From: a phage
Sequence record: PZ386976.1
Reading direction: 5' to 3' (one strand)
DNA length: 64,000 bases
Shown here: positions 1 to 11,411 of the stretch, one piece after another
Position numbering within the stretch: position 1 is the stretch's first letter
Layout of the letters: each line of letters begins with the position of its first letter
The notes under the pieces: model-generated
What the model was told of the DNA's origin: nothing
The model's input: the letters and a program-made list of their open reading frames with translations, nothing else
Databases searched by the model: none
Program-made: the position numbers and the translations under genes

Positions 1-335
1 CATTTTTGAAAACAAAGCTTGTGTAGTTGTGACCATCAACATCCAGCCAAACCGCCTGAACATCCACACCATCAAGATTGTGGTAAAGCTCTTTGATGAA
101 GTGGTCTTTCACAACCTGACTACTAGTTGTTTCCAGCTTAATGTTTGAGATTGCTGAACCTACAGCCATATAACCCATGACACGTTTCTTCTCAGTATGC
201 TTAATCTTACCATCTTTGTAAGCCATAATGAGATTGGAAAGAATCTTCACACCATAATACTTTTCAAGGTGAGTAGGTACACCATAAAAACCTAATGCAA
301 AGTTTTCAGAGTGGATAATGTTTTCACGTTTCATA
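1..335 (-). CDS. hypothetical protein, N-terminal part (ORF runs off the window start)
   Basis: ATG at 333-335 on minus strand, open frame to position 1; not in ORF track because no stop inside window; no recognisable motif. Confidence 0.35.
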
Positions 336-635
336 TTAATCTGCCAGCCTTAAATTAAAATTAACACCAAATTTTTCGCATACCTCCAACATATACTCAA
401 GGGATACATTACCAGTGAGGTGGATTATGTTGGATACACGAGCCTGAGAGATACCACAAATTTTAGCAACTTGCTCTTGAGAAAGACCTCTGGATTTAAT
501 CTCTCTCTTAAAACGATGTGCAACGAAATCTCTCATTTCGTCTACATCCATTGGACAAATATAACTCTCCATTTCAGCCTCTCTGTCAGCCTCCCAATCA
601 TCTTGTGGAGCATAAGGGTCAAAAATCTCATTCAT
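336..635 (-). CDS. putative HTH DNA-binding protein (XRE-like)
   Basis: ORF 336..665; C-terminal helix-turn-helix-like segment LSQEQVAKICGISQARVSNI; start probably internal Met (MNEIF). Confidence 0.45.
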   Translation of the reverse strand: MNEIFDPYAPQDDWEADREAEMESYICPMDVDEMRDFVAHRFKREIKSRGLSQEQVAKICGISQARVSNIIHLTGNVSLEYMLEVCEKFGVNFNLRLAD

Positions 636-840
636 CTTTCTTCTTCCGTTTGCGTGAAGTGTCAATCAATGAATCTATGTTTGTAGCCCGAACCTTTTCA
701 CGTTCATCGTTAAGGTAATCATCAAGAGCCTTTTCAATCTGTGAATCGTCTTGACAGATAACTGTAAAGACTGTAAAGCCGTCTGTATCGTCAATTATCT
801 TACCATAACCGCTTCTGGGATGTAACTTTTTAAGAGCCAT
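628..840 (-). CDS. hypothetical protein
   Basis: 70 aa ORF in leftward gene series, basic C-terminus. Confidence 0.35.
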   Translation of the reverse strand: MALKKLHPRSGYGKIIDDTDGFTVFTVICQDDSQIEKALDDYLNDEREKVRATNIDSLIDTSRKRKKKDE

Positions 841-841
841 A

Positions 842-1225
842 TCAAATACCTGTGCAGCTTCTGTTTTCTAAGAAATATTCAACACCGTACATAGCTTTTT
901 GCATCAAATCTTCTTTAAACTGGATACGATGGTTGAGCATAGCCTGTACATCAATATCATCATGGTGCTTCTCTTTAATATTTGCAGATTGCAGGAAATA
1001 CTCTGCAAGAACACGATATTGATAGTCAGTTACCTTATCAGTCATCTCTGTCAAAGACTCTTCAGAGATTGGTTTAAGTAACTCACCATTAGTTAGAGCA
1101 ACACCTTTTACAATCTGGCAAGTGTCTTCTGGAACACCTGATAAGTCCACATTTGGAAGTTCTGTTGCATTGACTGGTAAATTTATTGCCATGACCATTG
1201 CAGCAGCTAATAAAATCTTTTTCAT
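842..1225 (-). CDS. hypothetical secreted protein
   Basis: N-terminal signal-peptide-like MKKILLAAAMVMAINLPVNA. Confidence 0.5.
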   Translation of the reverse strand: MKKILLAAAMVMAINLPVNATELPNVDLSGVPEDTCQIVKGVALTNGELLKPISEESLTEMTDKVTDYQYRVLAEYFLQSANIKEKHHDDIDVQAMLNHRIQFKEDLMQKAMYGVEYFLENRSCTGI

Positions 1226-1775
1226 AATGACCTCAAAGTTATATTAAATTTTGTATTACATTGAGTATAAAAATAAGCTATAACACCTGACTTGTCAACA
1301 GATTTTATAGCTTATTTGGCAGATTTTTTATAAGGCTACTGCCATCCTTCCATACCAAACCCTACCGAACAGAACCATGCTTTGCCATACTGGACAACAC
1401 CTGACCAGACATCACTTAAAAACCCTTTTCAAAGACTCTTAAGTGATGTAATCGAATTTTAATGTAGCTCCGATTAACTACCCATACCTTGCATTACTTC
1501 ACCAAACCGTACATTACTTCACCAAACCATACATTACCAGACCATGCCACACCTGTCCAAACTCAACCTCATTAAAAGACCCTCTTTAAAGACCTTTTAA
1601 TAAGGTAAGTCTCATTTTTATGTAGTTGAGACTAACTACCCATACTTTACCTTACCATACCAGACCTCACCCCGCCTTACCGCACCAGACAGCACAATGC
1701 AGTACAGTACCTTATTAAAAGACCCTGTTTAAAGACCTTTTAAAAAGGAGCCTCCGAAGAGGCTACCTAGTCAAC

Positions 1776-2216
1776 TTAGAAAGGTTTTCTACGTTGCTTG
1801 TTAATGTTAGCTTTCATAGCAGCTAAGTGGTTTTGCTGTTCAATCAGTCGTGAGCGTTCTTGATGGCTAAGTGCCATAGTGTTCACATTCTCAATAGCTT
1901 GAGTGGCTTGCTTTAAAGCTCGACCAATCTTACCAGACATTTTACGTTTTGCAATAGTTGCTTGATGTTTAGGTTCAACCACACGATAACCAACACCCAT
2001 TGAAGCAACCAGATAAATCTTCTCTTCTTTAAGAAGCTTCTCAATAAACTTCTCAAGTCGGTTTAGACGTGTAAGCGCATAAGCCTTCATTTCATCTTCG
2101 TACTTAACAATGTCACCTTGATAAGTTGGCTTCACAATACCTAAGAAGGTATCCATCTCAGAATGTGATACAGTGTCACCGTAACTAAACTTTGCTGCTA
2201 ATGCTTTTGTATTCAT
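1776..2216 (-). CDS. hypothetical protein
   Basis: 146 aa ORF, no recognised motif. Confidence 0.45.
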   Translation of the reverse strand: MNTKALAAKFSYGDTVSHSEMDTFLGIVKPTYQGDIVKYEDEMKAYALTRLNRLEKFIEKLLKEEKIYLVASMGVGYRVVEPKHQATIAKRKMSGKIGRALKQATQAIENVNTMALSHQERSRLIEQQNHLAAMKANINKQRRKPF

Positions 2217-2218
2217 AA

Positions 2219-2824
<606 letters not shown>

Positions 2825-3225
2825 TTAGTTGATTGTTAAGTTGTTTGTAAAGAACCCTCAACAGAAGACTCTTTAGAAACTTGGTAGATTTTTAACGTGG
2901 CTACTACCATCCACCCATACCTCACATCACCATACCATACCATACCTGACCGGACCTAACCAAACTCCACAGCACCATACATCACATCACACAGCCTTAT
3001 TAAAAGACCCTGTTTAAAGACCCTTTAAAAAGGTAAGTCTCATTTTAATGTAGCTGAGACTAACTACCCATACCAAACAGCACCGCACTATGCCTTACCC
3101 CACCTCACCGAGCCTCGCCCCACATCACTTAAAAACCCTTTTCAAAGACTCTTAAGTGATGTTGGTGAGTACCCGTTGGTTTATGCTGCTCAGTATACTC
3201 ACCAAATTTTCTATGTCAACAACTT

Positions 3226-4329
3226 TTACTCATAATCCCTAATAACTAGGCCAACAGGGAACTGTAAAGACCCCTTACGAGTCATCTTCTGGAACTGAAC
3301 CGTTAAAGGCTTCCCGATAAACTCTTCAGGATGCTCAGCCAGATACTGCTTTTTCTCATGAGTGGTTTTCCATGAGACATCTACAAAGACGTTAGGAAGG
3401 GTCTCTACAACGAACTTGCCATGACCACGTTTATCAGTCTTTACACCAGTCACTTTAAACTCTTCAGTGTGCATCTTCTTATGCTTAATCAAGAAGTATG
3501 AACGGTGACCGCACTCATAGAAAGATTCTTCAGAGATTGAACGGTACATTGCACCTTCAAACTTAGCCTCAACCCACTTATCATGAGCTTCATCAAACTC
3601 TTCCCAAGAATTTACACGGCGAGACTTAATAGGAACAACTTTACAGCCGTCTCTAAAGTCATTTAATGGTGAAGTCTCAATAATATCTCTACGCTCAGGC
3701 CACGTTTTAGTACTGTCACAGATATCATACCAGTAGAACTTAAGTAAGTGTCTGTCAGGATTGTCTTCATTTTTAATCATGGAGACAATATCTTCTAAGT
3801 CCCACCCATGAGCATAAATCTCTCCATCAAATTCATCAACATCTTTGTGGAGCCTTAACATTGCCATAATGTCAGGTATTAGTTCAGTAGGGATTTTGTA
3901 AACAGTATTCTCACGAGAATATGCTGTAAATACACTGCCAATACTTAAGTGCCTTGAAATCCTACAACGTACACCATCAAGCTTCGGTTGAGCATCAGCA
4001 GGGAACTTCAGATACTTTGCATGACTAACCTTTGCAGCATCATGAGCAAGCTGTACACCTACCTTTTCAGTATTCTGTGCAGACTCTTTTGTGTAAGCAT
4101 AACCTTTACGGTCAACTTGCTTTTTATACTTAGCAGCAACTTCAAAGAGAGCTTGCTGTTCAGCGTTACGCTCATTCTTTTTACCGATGTTTTTAGGTTC
4201 TGCTGTATACTCTTCAAACATCATCTTGCCATTTTCTTTACCGTAGGTTGTAATAACTTTGTCACCTACAGCAACACATGACCAAACGTTGAAGGAACCA
4301 TCTTTATTTTGTTTGTATAGAATTGTCAT
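3226..4329 (-). CDS. ATP-dependent DNA ligase
   Basis: ORF 3226..4365; adenylation motif I KLDGVRC (KxDGxR) and downstream ligase-like motifs; start set at internal Met (MTILYK) abutting upstream gene. Confidence 0.7.
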   Translation of the reverse strand: MTILYKQNKDGSFNVWSCVAVGDKVITTYGKENGKMMFEEYTAEPKNIGKKNERNAEQQALFEVAAKYKKQVDRKGYAYTKESAQNTEKVGVQLAHDAAKVSHAKYLKFPADAQPKLDGVRCRISRHLSIGSVFTAYSRENTVYKIPTELIPDIMAMLRLHKDVDEFDGEIYAHGWDLEDIVSMIKNEDNPDRHLLKFYWYDICDSTKTWPERRDIIETSPLNDFRDGCKVVPIKSRRVNSWEEFDEAHDKWVEAKFEGAMYRSISEESFYECGHRSYFLIKHKKMHTEEFKVTGVKTDKRGHGKFVVETLPNVFVDVSWKTTHEKKQYLAEHPEEFIGKPLTVQFQKMTRKGSLQFPVGLVIRDYE

Positions 4330-4330
4330 T

Positions 4331-4522
4331 TTATTCCTCTGAGTGATACCAAGTATTGCAAGCATTACATGCGTAAAGCTCTAAGTCATTTTTATCAGGT
4401 TTATGAAAGCAGTTTGCTCCGCAGTGGCAACGAAACGGCTTTCCACCAACTGTCAGGGTGAAGGATTGAACCTTTCCATCAGGAGTTCGTACAGCATTTT
4501 TATGCTTATCTTCTTTGTTCAT
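4331..4522 (-). CDS. small zinc-ribbon protein
   Basis: 63 aa with CHCGANC...CNACN cysteine pairs. Confidence 0.4.
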   Translation of the reverse strand: MNKEDKHKNAVRTPDGKVQSFTLTVGGKPFRCHCGANCFHKPDKNDLELYACNACNTWYHSEE

Positions 4523-4725
4523 TTTCTCTTACCACCAATCTCTACGTCAATCACTTGAACATCACCAGCAACATCAAACTTATGAATGATGCTTTCCACA
4601 GTGTAAGTCCAACTATCAATGCGAACTAACTCACCTTCTCGTGGGACGATTGGATTACGTTGAGCTACAGTTGTAGTGGAGTGAACAACATCATAACAAT
4701 AGATATAGTTTACTAATACTTCCAT
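4519..4725 (-). CDS. hypothetical protein
   Basis: ORF 4519..4824 trimmed to internal Met to avoid overlap with lipoprotein gene. Confidence 0.3.
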   Translation of the reverse strand: MEVLVNYIYCYDVVHSTTTVAQRNPIVPREGELVRIDSWTYTVESIIHKFDVAGDVQVIDVEIGGKRK

Positions 4726-4735
4726 CGTGAAAACC

Positions 4736-4993
4736 TCACTCAATAACCGTGGTATGTGATTGACCATTTTTGCCATAGCTATAAGATGTTGTTGTTTGAG
4801 AGTTTGGACATCTGACAACAACAATATCCCTGCTTATAGCGTCACCATTGAGTTTGTAGATTTTGCAGTCTTGCATCTCTGGAGGTAGGCTGTAAGAAGC
4901 ATCTTTGTTTTCATAAGAAGGGTTGCAGCCAGCCAGAAAAATTACTCCAAGTGCAACCATTACTTTCACACAACTCTTAATCTTATTGTTCAC
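4736..4993 (-). CDS. putative lipoprotein
   Basis: signal peptide plus lipobox LAGC near N-terminus. Confidence 0.5.
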   Translation of the reverse strand: MNNKIKSCVKVMVALGVIFLAGCNPSYENKDASYSLPPEMQDCKIYKLNGDAISRDIVVVRCPNSQTTTSYSYGKNGQSHTTVIE

Positions 4994-5125
4994 GATAGTC
5001 TACCTCTCTGTATGTTTTTAAATAGTGGGTGATGAGTTCTGGTAATTCACTACGTTTAACGTTTGAACGAAGAAGTGTCCAGTCAAAACCTTTACCAACC
5101 CTTCCCCAGAGACTGTACATTTTCT

Positions 5126-5359
5126 TCATAGCAACTCCAGAATATCAATACGTTCACCCTTAAGAACACCTGTACGGTCTCTTGCAATCTTACCATCAAC
5201 GATAAGGATATGCGCGACCTTTAAAGCCTCACCATTAAAACCTTTTACGAACTTGCTAGGCATCACTACAATGGACATCTCCTGAATCAACTCTGGAGTA
5301 TAGCAATTGTCGTGAAGTTGCTGAATAACGTCTGCAAGTGTCATTTTTGATGTCTCCAA
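5126..5359 (-). CDS. hypothetical protein
   Basis: 77 aa ORF. Confidence 0.35.
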   Translation of the reverse strand: METSKMTLADVIQQLHDNCYTPELIQEMSIVVMPSKFVKGFNGEALKVAHILIVDGKIARDRTGVLKGERIDILELL

Positions 5360-5550
5360 TACTCAATGTCAATAAGTTCTTGTGCAATGCTTTTCAGATT
5401 ACCTTTCAAGAAAACCTTCTCAGAACCTGAAAGAGATGAATTGTCAATTAACCTGTTCATTCTCTCAAACAACTTCTGCTTACGGTTCTTGATAGTTTCC
5501 TTTGAAGCACCTTTCATCATCGCTGCATGGGTTCTTCCACGGTGGCTCAT
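5341..5550 (-). CDS. hypothetical protein
   Basis: 69 aa basic ORF. Confidence 0.35.
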   Translation of the reverse strand: MSHRGRTHAAMMKGASKETIKNRKQKLFERMNRLIDNSSLSGSEKVFLKGNLKSIAQELIDIEYWRHQK

Positions 5551-5611
5551 AAGCCCTCCTATACAAGATATAGTATAAGGTACTCTTCCATGAGCACCTT
5601 GTCAATACTAG

Positions 5612-6168
5612 TCAGTGTACTTCAAGCCAATTCTTACCAACTTTACCAGTACCAGTTACAAGCGTTTCCTCCTTAAGCCCTAAGTTTCTTGATGCCTGAC
5701 CATACATCCAGTCAATCACTGCTTTAACATCCTGTGTCATCTCTTCTGGGCACTCCCAACTATTCTCATCGTGGTATGCTAAAAGCAATCTAGCACCAAT
5801 AGCTGGTTTTCGACCATTCAGCTTTGTAAGACCCTCTTCACAAGTCCTTCTACAAGCAAGGTTGATGGCTTCATTCTGAACCTGACTTTCCGAACCCATG
5901 AGCAAGTAATTTAAAAGTTTGTGCGGAGATTTACACCACAACCATGCACCTGCTACCTTTACAAAACCACCCTTAGATATTGCAGCAGTCTTACCAAACA
6001 CCTCTTCAAGAGCCTTCTTAGTGGCTTTGAAGTCTGCTTCTAAATTATCTATCAACTTCTTAATTTTAGGGAGGCGTACAAAGTATGTTTGCTTAGTTAA
6101 AGCACCTTCCTCAGTTGTAGATGCTTTAATCGTCTTAGCAAATTTCTCATCGCCAGCCCCGAACAATA
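5612..6168 (-). CDS. DNA polymerase (family A, T7-like), 3' exon
   Basis: begins ...LFGAGDEKF (second half of motif B YGxxYG) and contains motif-C-like AYHDE; in-frame continuation of upstream exon if an 805 nt intron is removed. Confidence 0.7.
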
Positions 6169-6973
6169 CATCTGGTCAATACACTCGCAAGGTGTACCAG
6201 TTCTCTTATGAACTTCTCCGCATTTCTACGGAGTGTCGGACTATATCACGTAGTAGTAGTAATACTACCGTTGCACTTGGGAATGGTCATTAGCTTACCA
6301 CCCTACTCTACTCAGTTCATACGTTAAGTATGCTTTTCGATAGTCTCTGAACGTTTCTCTGTTAGGAATCTCTATAGTTATGTTATTTGCTTAGGTAGTC
6401 AATTGCCCTTTGCATATTATCAATGCTATCTGCAAGTAACCCCAAAGCTCTATTGCAATTGTGGCACAACATGCCTCTTACTTTTCCGGTTTTGTGGTCA
6501 TGGTCAACGACAAGTTTAGCCTTATGCCGTGAACTATTCATGATAAAACCTTCACCGCCACAAATTTGACATTTGTAATCACAGTTACGAAGTAGGGTCT
6601 CAACCTCTTCTCTTTCTAAACCATATGTTCTCAGGTAGTAATTCTTAACTCTACCTTTCTCTCCACAATGCGAAGAACAATAAACTTGCCTTGCTGTTCT
6701 AGGCATGAACACCTTCTCACAGCTAGGACATTTCTTAGTAAGAACCCTATATTCTGCTCTTCTGTCAAATTTTAATACGCAACTTCTGCACCGTTTTTGA
6801 TTGTATTGGTACGGTTTAAACTCCGTGCCACACTCAGTGCATAATCTCTCTTCGTAACCTGCCATTGTCTCTCTCCTTTGTTTTAGGAGTCCTAACAGAG
6901 ACTTCGCTGCTGATTACCATATCTTTACAGACTTAGGCTTCCAGCAATTCACAACGTTTTACATGCGCCACTG
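6169..6973 (-). mobile_element. putative group I intron interrupting the DNA polymerase gene, carrying an HNH endonuclease ORF
   Basis: polymerase frame breaks inside motif B; exon 1 ends in U and intervening segment ends in G (minus strand); joining restores ...AKNGIYALLFGAGDEKF, which resembles the T7 motif B region. Confidence 0.5.
6383..6865 (-). CDS. HNH homing endonuclease (intron-encoded)
   Basis: Cys-rich zinc-binding N-terminus and HNH motif VDHDHKTGKVRGMLCHNCNRALG. Confidence 0.65.
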   Translation of the reverse strand: MAGYEERLCTECGTEFKPYQYNQKRCRSCVLKFDRRAEYRVLTKKCPSCEKVFMPRTARQVYCSSHCGEKGRVKNYYLRTYGLEREEVETLLRNCDYKCQICGGEGFIMNSSRHKAKLVVDHDHKTGKVRGMLCHNCNRALGLLADSIDNMQRAIDYLSK

Positions 6974-9146
6974 ACGCATAAATGCCATTTTTGGCTTTCT
7001 TACGGCCTTTACTAATTTCCTGAAGAAGATTTGTATCCTGAGTGGCTCGACAGGTCAAGATATCTTCCTCTTTATTAAGGCTGAAGTAGATGCTATTTAA
7101 AGTATGCGCATCAGTTCCTGAGTACACCACGTACAAGTCATTTTCCGAATCATAATGCAAATACTTGTCAATCTCTGGGTTTAGATACTGGTCAAAATGT
7201 TTGCAATAGTATCTGCCATCCTCTTGTTTGACAAACTCAACCTCTTCTTTACCCTCTGTCACTGCTTTAGTGAACTCCTTATCACCCATAAAGTTGCACA
7301 GCAGCACAAGTTGGGCACTATTCATATCTGCTGAAACAATATTAGTTCCTTCCTCACAAGTCCACACCTCCCTCATAGGCGCTCCATAGACAGCAGCACC
7401 AGACGGTACGTTTACAATACCATATTGTGTCATACGTCCAGTTGAAGTACCAAACACCATTGCACCAGCACTAAGGCGACCATCAGGACGAATCTGGTTA
7501 AGCCAACCTTTTTCATCATCCTTTGAGTTCTCAATAGTTCTGCGTCGGTGCATCAAAGTGTAGTATTTCGCAATCTTCTGTCCAAGCTCACCTTCAATCG
7601 TATCATAAGATGATTCAGTAAGTTTTGGTGAAGTACGGATTAAGCAAGGTTCAAGCAAATCTGTGTATTTCTTCACAGACCAGTTATGCTCAATGTACTG
7701 TACACCTTCATGTTCAACATAACTCAAACCACACCGCTCAACCATTTCCTGCCACTTAGGATGTTTTGTAATCATCTTTTTATTGTCTTTGAAACGACAA
7801 ACTTTGACAGGGCGACCATCTGAGTCTTTCTTGTAGTTCCAGTCATCTGGAATCCAACCAACTGATTTCAAGTAGTCTTTAACAACTGCTACCTGAGTCA
7901 TACGAGAAACTTCAAACTCAATTGGTGTATATGGTGCATCAATCAAACCTGTGTAGCGACTTGACTCAAGTTCAAAGTGGTTAACAACGTGGCTGTTATA
8001 GTACTTCACAGTTTTGACTGTTTTTACTGGCTTCCAGTCTTTGCACTTCTTACCAATCTTTGCATTCAACTCATTGCAAATTGCACGAGCATCCTTCATT
8101 GCTACAAAACCTTCCTTGTACTCTTCACCAGTTACAGTGTTGGTTGGTGTATAGCAATTCCTTTTTTCAATGTTAAAAATCTTTGTAGTTGGCTTACCAA
8201 ATGGTTTGATTTCATATGTTTGCATCTCACCGTTACGCACCTGCTGACGATACTTTGTCTTAGGGTACTTGGTAATTCTCTTCAGTCCATCTGCATGACC
8301 AAATGTTTCAACATACTCATTCCAAGCTTTTGCAAACTCTTCTCCAGTGACTTTACCTTTGGTCTTAATAGTTGGAGGTAGATGCGGTTCAACCTCTGAA
8401 GCAAGCTCATTAGTCAATTTGTCAAGTTCCTTCACATGGAACTCCATAAGCTCTTTATCAGCTTTCCAGCCATTAATAGCTTGTTGACTCATCCAGAAAG
8501 ATGTCTCTTTAGCTCGCATGTAAGTCTCATAAGTGTCTATACCACACTTCTTAAGCTTGAGATACTCGTTATCAAGTGCCCGTTTAGTTTTGGCGTTAAT
8601 ACGGATATCTTCTACAACACGAGTGAAGATTTCTGCATTCCACACACCCCAATGTTCAATCTCTGGTTTACGGACACCAACACGAGCACCCCATGCAGCC
8701 AAACCATGAGCACCTTTATAACCCTTTGGAGTTGGTCTATCCATCCACTGAACACGAGACTGGATAAGAGAATCCTGAAAGAAATTACTCCACGGCTTAC
8801 ATTTTGGATTATCAAAGTTCCATAAATCCGGTGCAATGTGATTGAAGACCCACCAGTCATAACCGAGGCCGTTATGGATACAAAGTCGTTTTGCCTTTAA
8901 CGCAAACTCAACACCTTCACGTAAACCACCCTTGATGTACTTAGTGTACTTGTGACCGAGGATAGGCTCATCTGTAAAGACCCATACAGGTGGCTCTTCA
9001 TCGTCAGATTTATAGTCTGCAAAAGCCATTACGTGAACTTTAGTGAACTCAAGGAGTAAACCATCAGTCTCTGTATCACCAACTAAATGTAAGTTTTTAA
9101 AATCTACGTTTTCCATTTTTACTCCCTCTAAAATCATTAACCTCAT
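6974..9146 (-). CDS. DNA polymerase (family A, T7-like), 5' exon with 3'-5' exonuclease domain
   Basis: Exo motif DTETDGL, T7-like FNHIAPD/AWG region, motif A SADMNSAQLVLL, start of motif B RKKAKNGIY; ORF then diverges into intron sequence. Confidence 0.8.
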
Positions 9147-9373
9147 ACATTACTGCAAAAAATTATAAAAAGCAAGTTGACAATGCACTTGACAAGGTGT
9201 TAATCTTTGCGAAGTGGGTTTTTACTTAAAAGGTTACTTAACAGTTTAACTATACAGATACTTTAAAACTCTTAAAAGATTATTTAATAGCTTTTAAAAA
9301 GCTTTAAAGTATAACGTATAGAATACGTTAAGATAAAAGATTAAAACTTAATAGCTACTTAAAAGAGGCTTAC

Positions 9374-9796
9374 ATGCAGAAAATGTTTGTTCACCCAGAC
9401 ATAGCTGACTTTGTTAGAGCTTTGCAGAAGTTGGAAGAACTTGACATTGCTGCTCAACGGGAATATGCTCACCATCACAGGAGAATGGTTGATATACAAC
9501 ATGAAATAGAGTTGTCTGAAGACTATGAAGATGACTTAAAATGCTCTGTATTTGAGCATATGAAAGATGTTGCTACAGCGAGACGTAAAGCTAAAGACAC
9601 AGTTGCTTTACTAGATTCTCTTAAAAAGAGGTTGCAAAGTGGTACAGACCTGTGTAATCTAGCATCACTGATTAACGATGTTGAAACTTCTTGGGATAGG
9701 CACTATTATCCACGTTCTGAAAAGACACTTGACTTTTCTTCATCCGAAAACTTAAAATGTTCTAGAAAGAAACTTAACCAACTGAGAGAGAAATAA
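9374..9796 (+). CDS. hypothetical protein
   Basis: first gene of rightward operon after divergent promoter region. Confidence 0.45.
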   Translation: MQKMFVHPDIADFVRALQKLEELDIAAQREYAHHHRRMVDIQHEIELSEDYEDDLKCSVFEHMKDVATARRKAKDTVALLDSLKKRLQSGTDLCNLASLINDVETSWDRHYYPRSEKTLDFSSSENLKCSRKKLNQLREK

Positions 9797-9797
9797 T

Positions 9798-10598
9798 ATG
9801 AATATCGATGTAGAAAAGATGCTTGAAGAGAAAGGTGTTGATGAAGCATTCTTAATCAACGCCGTAGAAAGCATGGCTATGATTCTTCGTGGTAATAACT
9901 ACACAGAACAGTTTATGCCTGCAAGCTATAACTTGCCTGAAGACAAGTCTGATAACGGTGCTTTTGCAGAACAGGTTAATATGATGTTGTGTGATAAAAC
10001 ACTTGCTTTAGCATCTATCGTTGTAGGTGTTGATGCTCTTGCAGAGTTCATTTTTTATGAGATGCAGAAAAATGACTATATCTCCCTTAACTCTGAAGAA
10101 AAGGACTTGTTACCCTCATTAGGTGATAATGAGTTAGTTTCCATGTTAATTTCATCAACAAGTTCTGTTATGGCTGCTCTTGAGAAGCGAATGGAAGAGA
10201 AGCTGTCACGATATGAAAAACTTGATTGGGGTGTAGAAGAGTTAAATCCACGAATCCAAGAGATTATCCAGCAAACTAAAGACTCTTTAGAAGAAGCTGT
10301 GAAAGATGATTCCGTAGCTGATGTAGAACCACTACAGGTGAAGGTTGCTCTGATGATTCCAGCTATTTCTACAATGATGAATATCGTTGCACTAATCCAA
10401 CTTTCTCAGATGTTGGGAGCAAGCATTGAGTTCATTGAGGAGATGACTGGTGGTGTCAGTATGCAAGCAATCAATGATGTTTTGGTAAACATTGGTGCTT
10501 CAATCATTGAAGAGAAACTACGCATTAACTTCGGTGATGATTTTGTGAAGCAAATCTCAGCTATGGCTGAAAAAGAGTCTGCTGAGCAACTGCACTAA
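9798..10598 (+). CDS. hypothetical protein
   Basis: 266 aa acidic ORF. Confidence 0.45.
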   Translation: MNIDVEKMLEEKGVDEAFLINAVESMAMILRGNNYTEQFMPASYNLPEDKSDNGAFAEQVNMMLCDKTLALASIVVGVDALAEFIFYEMQKNDYISLNSEEKDLLPSLGDNELVSMLISSTSSVMAALEKRMEEKLSRYEKLDWGVEELNPRIQEIIQQTKDSLEEAVKDDSVADVEPLQVKVALMIPAISTMMNIVALIQLSQMLGASIEFIEEMTGGVSMQAINDVLVNIGASIIEEKLRINFGDDFVKQISAMAEKESAEQLH

Positions 10599-10659
10599 GC
10601 CTTTATAAATCTTACAAGCCTCCTTAGTTGGGGGCTTTTTAGTAATTAAGGGAGGAAGA

Positions 10660-11403
10660 ATGAGTAGTATTATAGCATTTACTGGAAAGGCACGTTCTGG
10701 AAAAGACACCTCATGTTCTATTGTGAAGAACATCTTAGAGGATGAGTATGGCTACAGTGTTGAAGTAATGGCCTTTGCAGACAACCTTAAACTATCTGCA
10801 TCAAAGATATTTGACTTGACTTGGAATGACCTGTACGGTGAAACTAAAGAGACTCCACAGGTTTTTGACTTATCATATCCTGAACTGATGTTTAAAGTTA
10901 CGGAAGCTATGGAGTTTACCTTCAGAGATGAACGTTACCATATGGACTTCAAGCTTATGTCAGAGCTAACCGGACGATTAATCATGGAGCTTAAGAAGGT
11001 TGCTAAACCAACTCTATTGACACGTCTGGGGTTTAGCAAAAAGTATAAATTCTCATCAAGACAAATTCAACAGATTTGGGGTACTGAAGTTGTCCGTAAA
11101 GTAATGGGCGACAAGTTCTGGTCTAAAGACCTTGAAAAAAGAATGGTTAGATTCTATGAAATGTGCTCACTTAGAAATCAATATGGTTTTGTCTTAATCA
11201 GTGATTTAAGATTTGACTCTGAAGCTGAATGGCTGAGTAGATTTGCACACCAAACTATTGAAGTAAAAAGAGACAATGTGGACAAAGTTTCATCACATGT
11301 TTCAGAAAATGGGATTTCTACAAAATATGAGCGTGACATTATTCATAATAATGGTACTCTTGCAGACCTTGAGAACAAGCTAAGAGCCATCATTAAAGTT
11401 TAA
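10660..11403 (+). CDS. deoxynucleoside monophosphate kinase-like P-loop kinase
   Basis: N-terminal P-loop AFTGKARSGKDT as in phage dNMP kinases. Confidence 0.55.
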   Translation: MSSIIAFTGKARSGKDTSCSIVKNILEDEYGYSVEVMAFADNLKLSASKIFDLTWNDLYGETKETPQVFDLSYPELMFKVTEAMEFTFRDERYHMDFKLMSELTGRLIMELKKVAKPTLLTRLGFSKKYKFSSRQIQQIWGTEVVRKVMGDKFWSKDLEKRMVRFYEMCSLRNQYGFVLISDLRFDSEAEWLSRFAHQTIEVKRDNVDKVSSHVSENGISTKYERDIIHNNGTLADLENKLRAIIKV

Positions 11404-11411
11404 AAGAGAGA

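Noticed and set aside
7977-8825. Plus-strand ORFs 7977..8381 and 8436..8825 and minus-strand ORF 8612..8860 inside the DNA polymerase exon
   Set aside because: The polymerase frame carries conserved catalytic motifs across this span; the others are low-complexity antisense or out-of-frame shadows.
5612-9146. DNA polymerase as a pseudogene disrupted by insertion
   Set aside because: Both halves keep intact reading frames with conserved catalytic motifs and join in frame at canonical group I splice-site nucleotides, so splicing or a functional split is more likely than decay.
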